A stretch of 64,000 bases of DNA. It comes from Orbicella franksi. Taxonomy: Eukaryota. Of the stretch, positions 1 through 13,147 are shown one piece after another; position 1 is the first letter of the stretch, and every line of letters starts with the position of its first letter. The stretch lies in NCBI GenBank assembly GCA_964199315.1, contig OZ116708.1:23250001-23314000 (forward strand), in the 5' to 3' direction. The notes below the pieces were generated by a model. It was not told where the DNA came from and made no database searches. It saw only the letters and a program-made list of their open reading frames with translations. The position numbers and the translations under genes were made by a program.

Positions 1-175
1 TTGAAGAGAAGTCAGGGAAAATTGAAATAATTTCACACGTTTAATTTATTATTTATACCATTGAAGTCTGAAGGAAACGTTTGGAGTCGCTGTGATGCCA
101 ACGATGTTTTTCCTTTACGAAACAGGAAAATTTGTTGAAAAGTTGGAAAGGACGGCTATAAGGAGAGTTTAGAAG

Positions 176-345
176 CAAGGGCGTAACCAGGGGGGACCTG
201 GGGTGCCCTTGATCCCCCCTTCTGTGAGCGTTTTTTAAGCAAACAACCTACAACAGGTTGCGAAAACGCCACGACAATCTGGTGAGTATCCTCACTTTGA
301 CACAGTGTAACCCCCCCTTTTTTTTAAATCCTGGCTACGCCTCTG
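176..345. mobile_element. Small MITE with GGCGTA(A/G)CCAG terminal inverted repeats (hAT-like ends)
   Basis: caagggcgtaaccag ... ctggctacgcctctg; AGAAG lies on both flanks. Confidence 0.6.
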
Positions 346-807
346 AGAAGCCACTACTATATCTGACATTTTGCATTTATTTGGTCAGAAATTTTATGTT
401 TACCAGGTAAATGTCAGTGAATTTTAAAAGGTGATGTACGTCCGTGGCAACCATGCTGAAAAAATTTATAAAAACTGGTCAAATGCAATTTTACATGACT
501 GCTATGTGGGGATCTGAACTGTCAGATGAGAGCAGTGGTCTGTTGGTATAGATCATAAAATGACCAACTCGAGCGCTTCTCCGCAGAAGCACGAAGGGGT
601 TATTCGTTTGGGGACAATCCGCTGGTCGCTGCAAGTGCAGGCCGTATCTTTCGACATTTGCGCCAGCTCTCGCATAACACAGCGGATTTCTATAACGAAC
701 ACCAGAACAGCAGGAAGGACTCGAGCCAACTTTCAGAGGACTAGAGAAACTGTCGAGACTTCTCAGATACCGAAACCGTGGAGTTGTGAGATGGGATATT
801 AGGGTAA

Positions 808-1170
808 GTGCCTGTTTACAAGGAGAGAGGCCGGACGGTTACCCTAGCAAGCGGGTTACTCTAGCACTAGGGTAACTAGTAGGCAGCTAAGGGCGGGTTA
901 CCCTATCTGCGTGCTAGAGTTGCCTTGACAGGCAGGTTAACTTTTTCCCTTATAAACAGTCCAGGTAGGGTTATCCCGCCTACCCAGGTCAACTCTCTAA
1001 TTGTTTCCAGACCCTTTCGGGGTAACCGGGCATTAAGTTGTCCCGATCCCTGGTTGTAGGGTTATCCTACCTGTGAAATTTTGCTTATAAACCCGGCCGG
1101 GCTATCTTTTGCCCTCCAGCTAGGGTTAACGCGCTTGCTAGGGTAACCTTCCCTCTTTGTAAACTGGCCC
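808..1170. mobile_element. PIF/Harbinger (Tourist-like) MITE
   Basis: TIRs gtgcctgtttacaagg / ctttgtaaactggccc, subterminal GGTTACCCTAGCAAGCG in both arms, TAA on both flanks (805-807, 1171-1173). Confidence 0.75.
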
Positions 1171-1223
1171 TAAGTCTGCAAGTGATGTTAAGAACTGTAT
1201 ACGTAACTCGCCCCCGATTTCAC

Positions 1224-1296
1224 CCAACCTCGATCCCGGGCTATCTCTCTTTTGGCTAAGGGAGGCAAAGGAGAGAGAGCCTGGGATCAAGGTTGG
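1224..1296. mobile_element. 73-bp hairpin mini-element (CCAACCTCGATCCC...GGGATCAAGGTTGG)
   Basis: Self-complementary arms of about 27 bp. Confidence 0.6.
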
Positions 1297-1829
1297 ATTT
1301 TACCCTGAGTTTTGATCGAGAATTGTGGCCGATTTGTTGAACGCATACCTGACCCTCGGAACTGAAAACACTATCAAACGTTGTTCATAACAACGACAAA
1401 GGGAGAGAAGCAGTGTCCATGTTTGTCTCCCAATGAGACGGAGCTTTCGTAATTATAATTAGGGCTTTAAAGGAAGGGTGTGTTGGGTTTGTTTTCAAGA
1501 CCTTTTGGGGCACAGGAATCCTTGGAGAACAACGCGGCTGGCTTTAGCTGAGAAGAACAGCGCTGAAAAATACAGAACTGGGTGGGGAGCTTATACGCCT
1601 CTTTATCATGCTCTTCCCTCAAACGCAGGGGGACTGAGTGACGAGCAAAATTATGTGTGCGTCGGAGGATAGAGAGAAGAGGCTATCAAAAAGTTTAAGT
1701 CCTGAGAGAATTTTTGGGGGACCTAAGAGCCTTTTAGTGAGACATTCGGCTCTGCTCTAACAAAACTCTACATCGGATTTGATTCAAACATAACGACACT
1801 TCTTCCATCCCCCTTAATTTAGAGTAACA

Positions 1830-3185
1830 CGATGTTCATGATAGAAACGCAAGGTGTAATGGACGCACGAACGCCAAGGGGGATGGACACCTCGGCGAAT
1901 GCATGGGGAACGTAACAGAAACTCACTTGGAACCTAGTGGGGAATGCAACGGGATGCAGAACACACGGGGGAGGTGGAAAACATTGGGGACCCCCTGGGT
2001 GGGACAAAAGGGATACGCACATAAGGGGACATTTGGGGCACTCGCAAGGAAATAGCCGAGGGAACCCACCATATAACGGACAAGCAATCAAATGGGAGAA
2101 TCTAGAGCGAACATACAGGGCCTCTGGAGGAAGCCTACCGGTAACTGATCAGTAGAAAGACATGGATAGTGGGACGAAGGGAACACATCACAGAGTGCAC
2201 GCGTAATGCACACATGGGAACGCATGGCGGAAGCACGAGGAACAACGAGTAACACGCGAGGAAATGTCTGAGGGAACGCACGGGTAAATATGTTCAAGCA
2301 AAAGAATAAGACAACCGACAAGGATTGACTGCGCGGGGTATCTAGAAGGAAATTCATCCACGCCTATGGGGAGCACTGGGAATACATGGGGAGAACATAT
2401 GGGGGACATTCAACCCTTGGGGGACATTACAAAAAATGTATGAGGAAACGTACTGAGAACGTAATACAAATGATGACAAGAGACCGCAAACGAAAATGCT
2501 GTTGGTATATGTAGGATCTGTATGAGATCTGATCAGCCAAAAAGAGAAATATGTTAGCAAGGCTGATAAGTACGTAGGAAGTTCAACGGGACAACGACAT
2601 GATAGAGTCCAGTCTGAAAGGAACCGTGGACAGCTCTTTAGACTTGGTTGGGTCTCGTCAGCACGGTGTAGCAGTAAAACATAAAGCAACTAGCGCGAGA
2701 GCCAAGTGTCTAACAAATGCACATGGTAATGACCTCAGATGAAACTGAGAACGGACGCACGGTTTAAAGGACAAGAAAACGCCTATAGGGAAGTATGGGA
2801 AACGTGGGGGAGGGGAGAGGCGGGGAAGGGACGAAATAGTAATCCATGGGAAAATGCACGTGGTAACGTATAGCAGAACCCACGGGGAGTGCGAGGGAGC
2901 GAACACAAACGCATGGGGAAACATACTCGGAAATTCGCAGAGATGGTCTGGTGTACCGTACTAGCAAACGCTTCTGGGAACCCGCAATGCATGCGCGGAG
3001 AACGTGAGGGGTGGGGAGGGGTCCACTGGAAACTTATGGGGAAAAGCATGGTGTAGAGGTCACGTGAGGTCACACTTGGCCGAACGCAGAGGGAAACACA
3101 AGGGAAAACACGGAACACGCAACGCATGAAACACGCAACGAGCGCAGAGAAAGCAAACCCACAGTGAAGGTACTGGAAACGTTGA
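1830..3185. repeat. Highly degenerate purine-rich satellite-like tract (recurring ATGGG(G)AA / ACACGCA motifs)
   Basis: More than a dozen CATGGG(G)AA-like words, T-poor plus strand by eye, no clean periodicity. Confidence 0.5.
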
Positions 3186-5344
3186 TGATCACCTAAGCCT
3201 TTCTTTTTCATAACCGTGCGTTGTCTATTTTAGTTGTCACCAGAAAGTGTTTCGTATTCGCCTCGGTAATCTTTTTCTATGTGAAGATGTCGCAGTTAAA
3301 GGAAAAGGGAAAATATTTTTTTCCTTTGTTAATTTTATTTTCTGTTAGAGGAAGAGAGTTGGAACTTGATAGAGAGTAATGGAAGAAAAACTTCACTTTT
3401 AAACCAACGCCCCCTGGAATTAATTGCAATGGAAGACTGAGTTTTTCTACTGTTTCATAACGATAAATATATTTACAAAAAGTATAAGAATAAAGAGTAA
3501 ACGTGATAGTTCCAAAACATTTCACCGCCACGTGACTTAAAACATTTTTGTTTTCCTGTCCACAATTTTTCTTTGCCTAGGAGGAGGGTTCGGAAGAGAT
3601 TGGGGCTTACAGAGGTTCACTTAAAGGTATTAATTGATTTAGCACTCCAAAACGCTCTTACGAAAACCTGCCCAAAGAAATGCAATAATCACTACAAAAA
3701 AAGCACTCAAAGATATAAACAATTTTGCATTGAACCGTGATTGGGAAAATATAATTTTTTAGAAGAATCATTTTTTTTTCTCGGAGGGTGAGAAAATAAC
3801 ACAAAACGGTATAAAACGCGAAAATAGTAATCTGCTCAACAAGTTTTTTCCCGCGTTACATTTTACACCGCCTATCTATATTCTTCAACTGATCTTTACT
3901 TGACCCTCCAATGAAAGCATTTTTTATGCCGAAGCTTTGCTGAAGCATTTATGAATGCTGCAGGCTATATGGGCGTTTGCATAACAATGCATATGCAAAA
4001 ATGCAGCAGAACATGCAAACAGGTGTTGTCGCTATGTGACTTGTTTGTTAACCATTGGCCCAACCTTATTTTCCATATTCATGAGGAATTACGCGGATCC
4101 GAGGTGATGTTTGTCAGTCAGAGAAGTTCGCGGACGGAATAACACGTACGTCGCTCTGTTCTTCACGAGAAGAAACTTGGAAGAAGAAATATCGAAGACG
4201 GTTGGGGAAAGTACTTCCATACCGTTCTAATTGACGGTAAGTTTCTATTTCTTGGCGTTTTCTTCAGTTTAAACTGAAATATATCCCCAAAAAGCTACTC
4301 CAAATTTTAGCGCGTGCGGTTACTGACTCGCTTTACGTTTCTTGTCGAAGCTTCAATAAAACGCTTCATGGTTGTAGCAAAGACTAACTTTCAGTACAGC
4401 AGTAAGAACCATTGGGACACTATAATTTTAACGAGTCGTTGTTTCCACTAAATTTTCCCCTTGCTGTTTTATATTTGCTGCTCAGTATCAAACTTTGTCT
4501 TTTCAATGCAAATTTCTTTTAATTTCATCATCACTAATTACAATCATCCTTTGAGATTTGTCTTGGAAAGTTTAAATAATCAAGTTTTTTCCTAACATCC
4601 TTTTTATCGTTTCTATTTTCAGAGCGGAGAAAAGTCCTGAAGAAAGCAATGTCAGCAGGAAACGTGGAGTGGATAACATAAAGATAAGAAGGTCATTTGA
4701 GAATTTTGTTACACTGAAACCTTTCTTATAAGAAATGGCAGTTTGGTACGACAAAATTGTACCCGCTACACCTAAAATTAGGTCGATTCTTCAGTTTAAT
4801 TTATCGCGGACCTTTGAAATATTGTTTGCACTCGAGAGACTTTGATCACGAAGTGCCAAAACAAATCATCGGCTGTCAATTAAAATTCTGCCATTGTTAT
4901 CAGAAAGGTCTCGGGAAGTTTTATTCTTGAGCGATCACAACAATTACGGTATTGAATTCTCAAAACCCGTGAATAAAATTGATAGCTGCCAGTTTTTCAG
5001 AAGCAAAGAAAGCAAACGGATTTATTATCGACTAGTGTCTAATTATATTGAATTGATTTCACGGGTTTATAAAATCACTCTGCAATTTCTGAATTAGGTT
5101 GTTCGTGTGTTTTTTGCATGGTTTCTATTTGTGATTTTTTATAATTTTTTTTGGATTGAAAACCGCTAAATTGTGATCGCTCAAGACACATTTACTTTGT
5201 TAATAGGTCATTAGAGTGTTTTAGGTGGTATCTGTATGTCGAAAAGCAAGTCTTGATACCAATTGGCCTTCTATGACTATTGTTAACGTTTACCCATCAA
5301 GTCAACGTTAAACAGTTTTCGATTGCCTTGTTTTCTGAACATTT

Positions 5345-5775
5345 TTTAAGAACTACTCTTTTACGAAGGCAAAATTTAAAATCTTTATTCGTGACTGGAA
5401 TTGTCTATGGCTGAGGGCAATGTCCTTGTTCAAAATTAAAACACGAGTGGTTGTATAAAAATTGATTCACTTTGGAACTGTTTTGAATTGTTTTGTTCTG
5501 TTAAAATTTACCAAGGGCTAAACAACTTTAATTTGTGACTTGAATTGTCTTTGACTGAGGGCAATGCCCTGCGCAAATTAAAACAGTCGTGAAAAATTGT
5601 TTCATTTTGAAATTTGTTTTAATTTTCTTGTTCTATAAGGTTTACGTTTTCTCTAAAGCTTTATACAAACAAAATTACTATTAATTTGTGATTTGGATTG
5701 TTTGTGGCAGAGGGCAATGTCCCTCCCTGTTCAAAATTAATAAACGAGTCATCCTATAAAAATTGGAGATCAAAA
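5345..5775. repeat. Three diverged tandem copies of a ~145-bp unit (core TGGCTGAGGGCAATG)
   Basis: Core near 5409, 5553 and 5704. Confidence 0.75.
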
Positions 5776-6021
5776 GTCTGATTGAAACTTAACTATATTT
5801 GATTATTTCTTCGTCTAAAAATCTTGTATCATTCCAGAGAAGAACTGAAAAAACTAAGGAGTGCTTTTATTTTTAACGTTTCTCAAAATTGTTAAGTCAT
5901 TGAAGTGAATTTAATATCTGTCCTAGTTGCTCGAAATTTACGTTTTGATTTGTTTTACTTCATCGAATTTAGGCGTACAAAGCGAACTCGACATACGAAG
6001 CCACCTTAAAACAACATTAAG

Positions 6022-6190
6022 AGAGAACATTGGGTTTCTGAAATGATTTTAATTTACTCGAAAAATTACTGTTTCGCTATAGATTTATTATAAGACATTT
6101 CGTTACGGCGAAGGGTCGGTGAAGTTTCGATCTTCATTAGCTCTTTTGCTTGGGAGGGACAAAATATCTTTCAGAAACCCATGTTCTCTG
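6022..6190. repeat. Inverted repeat (~28-bp arms), possible degraded MITE
   Basis: agagaacattgggtttctgaaatgatttt versus aaaatatctttcagaaacccatgttctct. Confidence 0.5.
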
Positions 6191-6639
6191 TTAGAGTAGG
6201 TGAGGTTGTAAAGAATTATATCTGGTTTCAACAGTAACAGTAATCGTGTCGGTATAGAAATATAAATCGCTCGGTTTATTTGTTTGTGTTTTTTTATCTA
6301 TCGTTGGCAATTGGCAAATATTTTACCCAAAACATAAACGTTCGACATAGAATGGCAATAGATTTTTGTAATGTGTTTAGTGAAAACCAGATATTATTCT
6401 TTAAAGCCTCACTGACTTTAAGTTAATCAGGGCTTTCATCAAAACCAGTTTATGAATGCTACACAGGACCAGAATCCAAATAAAATGCTCAAAAAATTTC
6501 TAGGATAATTTCCACTGAATTTTCTTTAAAAAATTTTTTTTCTTATGCGACGTTTATGAAATTGTTTGCTCAAATTTGGGCCTAAAATCTTCGTCAGTCT
6601 TCAAAATGTTTTTTGCTTCGTTACTTGTTTTTTGTTCTC

Positions 6640-7075
6640 TAAAAGTTTTCTCAGAGCTTAACTTTTACGAAGGCACAACTTTGATTCGTGAGTTGAATTG
6701 TCTATGGCTGAGGGCAATGCCCCCGTTCAAAATTAAAACTGAGTGGTTGTATGAAAATTGTTTGAGTTTTAAAAGGTCTTGTTTTCTAGAAGTTTACGTT
6801 TTCTCTAAAACTTGATGAAGAAAACATAACAATTTGTGTTTTAAATTGTCTATGGCTGAGGGCGACGCCCTGTCCAAATTTAGACTTGAGTGGTCGTATG
6901 AAAATTAATTGTCTCAATTTGGAATTGTCTTGTTCTCCAAAAATATACGCTTTCTTTAAAACTTTATGAAGGCAAGATCACAGTTTGTGACTTGAATTTT
7001 CCATGGCTGAGGGCAATGATCTTGTTCAAGTTTAATAAACGAGAGACCGAATGAAAATTGTTGCAATTTGAACTT
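6640..7075. repeat. Second array of three copies of the same ~145-bp unit
   Basis: Core near 6705, 6853 and 7004. Confidence 0.75.
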
Positions 7076-7447
7076 GATTTGATGAGTATACTCGGCACAA
7101 CTACATTTATGAAATTGTTTGCTCAGACTTTGCGATACATTTTAATTCGTTGGTTGTCCTGTGTAGCAAACTGAAACGAATGGTTTTGATGTGGCTCGAT
7201 TTAATTTCTCGAAGGTAACTTGGCAAGCCGTAAACATATTTTAAAATTGGCTAAGAATTATTCAGAAATGTTTTTTTTTTGTCGGCTTAGTGACGGAAGT
7301 TGCGGTAATTTACTCGTGCGTTGGATAAAAAAATTGTTCAAATTTGCGTAGATTTTATTTTTCATTTCTGATACTTATGGCTTGCCTTTGCTATCTTCTT
7401 GAAATATATTGCATGATGATATCACGTTAAACAGTTTTGCCTTGAAT

Positions 7448-7687
7448 GACGAATAGCTAGAAATCTATTTACAGAAATAAGACGAGCAGGTTAAAATTTG
7501 CACAACTGCAACGTTTCTGCACAACATTGAGGGGGCGAAAACATTTTTAAGTCGAAATGTTTAAGTTTCTTAAATATTTCGGTTTAGAAATGTTTCCACC
7601 CTTTCAATGTTGTGTAGAAACGTTGCTGTTGTACACGTTTTTAACTTGTTCTTCTCATTTCACTGAATAGATTTCTGTCTGCTCGTC
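7448..7687. mobile_element. ~240-bp near-palindromic fold-back element
   Basis: Left arm ...gagcaggttaaaatttgcacaactgcaacgtttctgcacaacattga... pairs with right arm ...tcaatgttgtgtagaaacgttgctgttgtacacgtttttaacttgttc...; centre ttaagtttcttaa. Confidence 0.75.
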
Positions 7688-8211
7688 GTTTAGGGCTGAC
7701 TATTTAACAAGATATCATCATGGATTATACTATCTTGTACACAAACAAATTTCTGCTGGATTAAAAAAAATTATGTTAGAACCAAAATTTTTCTGAGACT
7801 TTGTGTACAAGATGGTATGTATTGTAAATTTTTTGGCGGGAAAAATTCAAGGGGGTACCCCCTTAAAATTTTTGCGAAAAAAGTTGCCAGGGGAAACGCT
7901 GTGCAAATTTTTTCCAATTTTCCCGCCAAAAGTCTTAGTATATATAGGACAAATTTTTTGATGACACCTTTGTAATTGATTTAATTGAATTTCACTTAAC
8001 TAATTAACTATTGTAAGTAGAAATATGAAGATGAATAAAACAATTGAAATGAAACACTTGTTGTGAGTACTTTATTGTTTGAAATATTTTATTTAGTTAA
8101 TAAAGATTACAAGAGATATTGCACACCTCAATAAAATATTGAATTTATTGACTATTAAGTTAAGTATACACTTAGAATTAAACTACATCTTTTCAAAATA
8201 AAATAATAATT

Positions 8212-8483
8212 GGCGCATGCGTATTTTAGGCGCCGTATTTTTTCTAAGTCTTTTGGTGGTAAAAATAAAAATGTTTAAACAGATATCAACAAGAAGTATT
8301 TTTTTTTTAAAAAAATGGCGCATGCGTATTATAAGCGCCCGTATTTTTTCTAAGTTTTTTGGCGGGAAAATTAAAAATTTTTAAACAGATGTTAACAAGT
8401 AATTTTTTTTTTTAAAAAAAGGCGCATGCGTATTATAAGCGCCCGTATTTTTCTAAGTTTTTTGGCGGGAAAATTAAAAATTT
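8212..8483. repeat. Tandem repeat, ~105-bp unit x2.6
   Basis: Units start GGCGCATGCGTATT at 8212, 8317 and 8421. Confidence 0.85.
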
Positions 8484-11400
8484 TGGCAAGGATTATCATG
8501 AAAGCAAATTTCAACACAATTTTGCAAAAAAACACTTTTAATCTCCTTGTATAACTTGGTACAATAAGCTAAACAAAAATATTTTCTAGAAAAGTAATCA
8601 TGGGCCTCGCACACAAATTTGAGCATTTCAAGACAATGATTGTCCATCTTGATTCAAAAGTTTTGGAACACGAAGAATTAACTGCACGAGAAAACGAGAA
8701 ATTTTTAGAAGCAAATTGTGGCTTGGAAAAATAGTAGTTGGAAAAATGTAAAGCTTATCTCCCAAGTGAATGACTCTGTGAGCTCGAAAATTGCACGTAT
8801 TCTATAAAAAAAATTACCTGAAATTAATTTTGGTGGCGGTATTTTGACAAACAGATGACAATTCATTCTCTTCCTATAAAATTATATAGCATAAAGCCAA
8901 CAACTTGGAAAATTTACAAGTCCTCTTGTTCCTTTTACCGAAGAGAATAAGCTTTTGGTGTACGCTAAACACGAAGGCTTGCTACGAAATAATTTTTCCA
9001 AATCGAATTTGGATGTGACATTTTAATTTCGTAAACAAGACAATTAGAATTAGTGAACAGTGTAGTATAAAACAGACACGTACATTTGCAATTTGCCTGT
9101 AAAAATGATTTTTGGTTGCGATGTTTTGGCAAACAGACAACCAATCCCAGTAGTAAAATAAACAATTGCCTTCAAAAACGCGAGCTCACAGAGTCTGTTT
9201 ACCGAGAGATAAACACGAAGAATCGCTCAAAAAATGATTTTTCCACGTCAAATTAGGGCTTGATAATTTTGTAAACAAGACAATTAGAATTGGAGAACAG
9301 CCCTACATTTAAACAAGCGAATACTTTTGCCTTTGTAAAAAAAATCTAACGAATCGAATCTTCTCTTGCGAATTTCCATAATTCTGCCGCTTGAAATTAA
9401 TCTAATAGTCTCTCTTACTTCGCTCCCTTGTGTATTATTCTCAGCTCCAAATATAATGCCTTCAGAGTTTTGCCTTCTTAATTTCTTCCTGTAATGTCTT
9501 GCTTCTCTTGCCTCCAATGCATCGCCATTTGTCGTTTTCTTCAATCGATCGCCTTCAGAGAAATCCTGCAAAAAAATAAAATATATATATATCGATTTAA
9601 TAAACAAGCTTTGTAGTTGTCAACAAGCTGGTCCGCTTTTGCATTTCATTGCCGATTGCGAGTTCACGGCCGATATTATCCCGAAAGCTTGTGTCTTTAT
9701 AATATTGTAACTAGAAAACATTTTAAAATTTTACTATGATTGATCCTGGCTGCGGTCCCTCGATGGTTTTATTATCCCTGGGATTAACATCGAACAAACT
9801 GAAAAAGTTATAGAATTTCCAGGGCTTGAAACTTCGCAAAACACTTTGATACTACCGAATCGCCGTTTGAATGAGCCGCCTTAAAGATATCAAAGATTCC
9901 AGTTGTATGACTATTTATTTAAGTTGAACAAAACGTGAATTGAGAGTGTTAACGTACCACTGGTCTTTAACAGCAAGTCATGTTCCAATTCATCAGAAGA
10001 CATCTCAGCTCAGTAATTCAGTCCAATCTACAAATTAAATCAAGAAAACAATATAAGAGACAATAGCTCAGAAAAAAACAGCACTTCATTACCGAAAACA
10101 AACAAACAAAAAGCTTGGACTATTGCAGTCACTGGCCAAAATAGCACAAAACAACAATTACTCCAAAAAGACCTAAATGGCAAACTGGAGCATACCATGA
10201 TCATAAATTTGTTTTTTGGGCAAACCATGTCAACATATAATTTCTCCCTACAACATCAAGACACTGTCAAGTAAACAGGTGATGAGAATAAAGACTGAAT
10301 TGATCTTATCTTGATGTATCTTAAATTCTCCGAACTGAGATTGATAGACCTGTGTGTAATACAGTAACGAGAATTACTGTTTTTAGTTTAGGACTAGAAG
10401 TTCAAGTTACCTGAAGAGATAGTGTCAAAGCATCAATGACATCTTCGTTCATTCCCAACCTTGTTGGATCGCACTGCATTCCTGGAATAAAGAGTAAAAA
10501 ATACTGTTAGCAACTGAAACGACTTGATTTATGATCGAAGTCTTAACAATATATCATTTCGTTATGACTTATTTTCTACCCCAAAATAAGTTGTTAAATT
10601 ATTCCTAGATAATTAATGCAACCTGACCATATTCGTTGGACAGAGAAAATACCAAATCTTGTTAAGTTCTAAAGAAGTTTGTACTGGCCGTACAATCAGC
10701 TCTCCGAGAGTGTAAAAGCCATATTACCTCTACAAAATACGATATAGCATTCGTGTATAATTCGTACCTTAAGAAGGACCCAAACTCGTTTGCTCAGGAT
10801 ACCCTGTCACATCTCTGGTTTACAAGAAGCACGTGCTCTCATAGTTTGCTTGAAGATAAGTTCTTGTTGCAGTTATTTGCGTTTCATTTCTGCTCCAAAC
10901 GGCAAGGACAATCCTAAACTGTAGCTTGACACTTTTTCGTGACAATTCACGCCGCCGAAGGTGGATTTTTTTCCGTAGATAGAAATTTCAAACGCCGATT
11001 ACAAACGTACGAAGAAGAACGCAACGAGAGATGAAATAATTTGCAATTAAAATTTTCAAACGTTTTCGAGCACGCGCCAACGACTTTAATTACTGCTCTT
11101 ATTTGATTGGTTTAACTTATCGTGGGAATTAATTGCGTTAATTGAGTGTACGTTGATCGGAATTTACACTAAAAAATTCCCTGACTTTGAACAGGTACAT
11201 TGATTTTAAAACAATATTATTGGAACTTTTCTTTGTGCTTGCGTATAATCGAAACGAAGTTTCATTTTAAAGATGGGAGCTAGAGCCTTCATCTTTCAGG
11301 CTCCCTCAACATAACAATAAGACACAAACCAAGTTTCTATTAATCAGAAAAAGATCGAAAGTCTCAGAAGAAACTGCAATTACTTGATAATATTAAGGAA

Positions 11401-13147
11401 AAAATCTCCAATAGGGGACTTAATAAAGTTTGAGATTAATCGGAGGAAGTTATCTAGCCATGGGACTATATTTAGGGGGCGACCGGAGGGGGTATTTTTT
11501 GAGAGGGTTTTTGCGCCCGAAACTGGGGCTTTTTTTTTGGGCGGGGGGGGGGGAGGGGGAAAGGTGAATAGTTCTAGGACGACGAGAATATTATCAAAGA
11601 GGAGCCTTTTTTGGGAGCAGGGGCAAGTTAGAAATACGTTCGCGCTACAAGGCTAAATGTCATCACACTATTATTATGTCTGAGAAAAGGAAGGCTGTAT
11701 GTTCAGGAAACAGATACGGGATAGATAACTATCAATGCATGGGGAATTCAAGAAAATGTTGTCATTCCTTAGGGGATAATGACGTCATGAATACCCCTAG
11801 CACCCTTTCAAGCTTACCCTCTGTTTCTCCCACCTCAATTCCCCAGGTATTAAACTCTTTCCCTAGGGAAGAACTTGTTCGCTGGTTGCTTCTCTTTCAG
11901 TCCACCTCGTACTTTTTGCCCGCACCCAAAAAATAACAGTGTCAACAATTTCACCGTTCTTAACTTTATTTCACTCTTATGTACACAATACCATATCAGA
12001 TAATACCACCTTGCTTTCCTTTGTTTAACAATCTAGCGTTATAATTGTTCCCTTCACAGCATATCGCGTGAAAGCGCAAATTTAAAAGCAGAACGGTCTG
12101 AAAGAAATCCACTTCTAAGCCGGGACGACTATTCTGCTAAACTTTACCCTTCATCTCAAGTCAAGAGCAGTTTTCCAATATGGCTGCGGAAAGAGAGTAA
12201 CCTTAGAGTATATTTCAACCCCTCCCAAGTCTAACAAACCAATCAGACCACGAAACAAAAACCTCTGACTGGGTGGCATGTAACCCGCGCCAAGTGTTCG
12301 AAAAGCGCGGGAAAACACGGACAACCGGCCGCAAAAAGGGCGGGAAATCAAGTTGAAGAGCGCAGCTCATTGGTTCGCTGCCACCCATCTACGCAAAAGT
12401 ATTTTTTAGTAGGGAAGGGGTAATTTTGAGTCGAGTTTACGGAACTCTTTCAAACGCTATGGGAAGACCGCTCTTTTAATTCGAGACGAAAAATAACGAT
12501 CTAGTATTAATCTAAAATAACAAATAATAACCTTCACCCATCGATGAAAGTTTTCAATTAAAAAAAATCCGGTTTAAAAACGTTAGTTATACTCGACAAA
12601 TAGATAATTCTCTCTTACGTTCTTTGTGCTCATAAGAAATAACGTCTGTTTTAAGAACTTTAACTTAATGACATTAGTTTTGTACAATTTCTATGCAATG
12701 AACCTTTGAGTTGAAATTGTTGAATAAAGTCGGCGAGTTTTGTTTAAGTCCAGTGTAAGAAATGAAGAACAAGGTTTCTCTAATTGGAGAATATATCCTT
12801 GAAATATTCAAAGGAAAACACTTTCACCTAGCAAAAGTTCTCCTTCGATTTCAAAGTAATTTCATACAAAACAAAGCATCACTTAACATGACGCGACAGC
12901 TCCTTACAAATGGCTTCAGATTTAAAACAAATTAAATATCTTGGTCAACTCACATGGATGGAAGGTTCCCACGGGGAAGATTCCTTACAGGCATGTGCGC
13001 AGGGAGTTACCCTACGAATTTCCTGTCTTTCTTTTACAATTTCAATAGATCCGTGTATCATCTTGCTCGTCCGTTCACATGAACCAGAGTCCCTTAATAT
13101 ATATCCTTCGCTTTTCACTCTTCAAATTTATTTGGGCGGTCTTTGAC

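Noticed and set aside
1478-3531. Many overlapping 60-140 aa ORFs
   Set aside because: By-products of the low-complexity, T-poor tract; no domain motifs and no splice logic.
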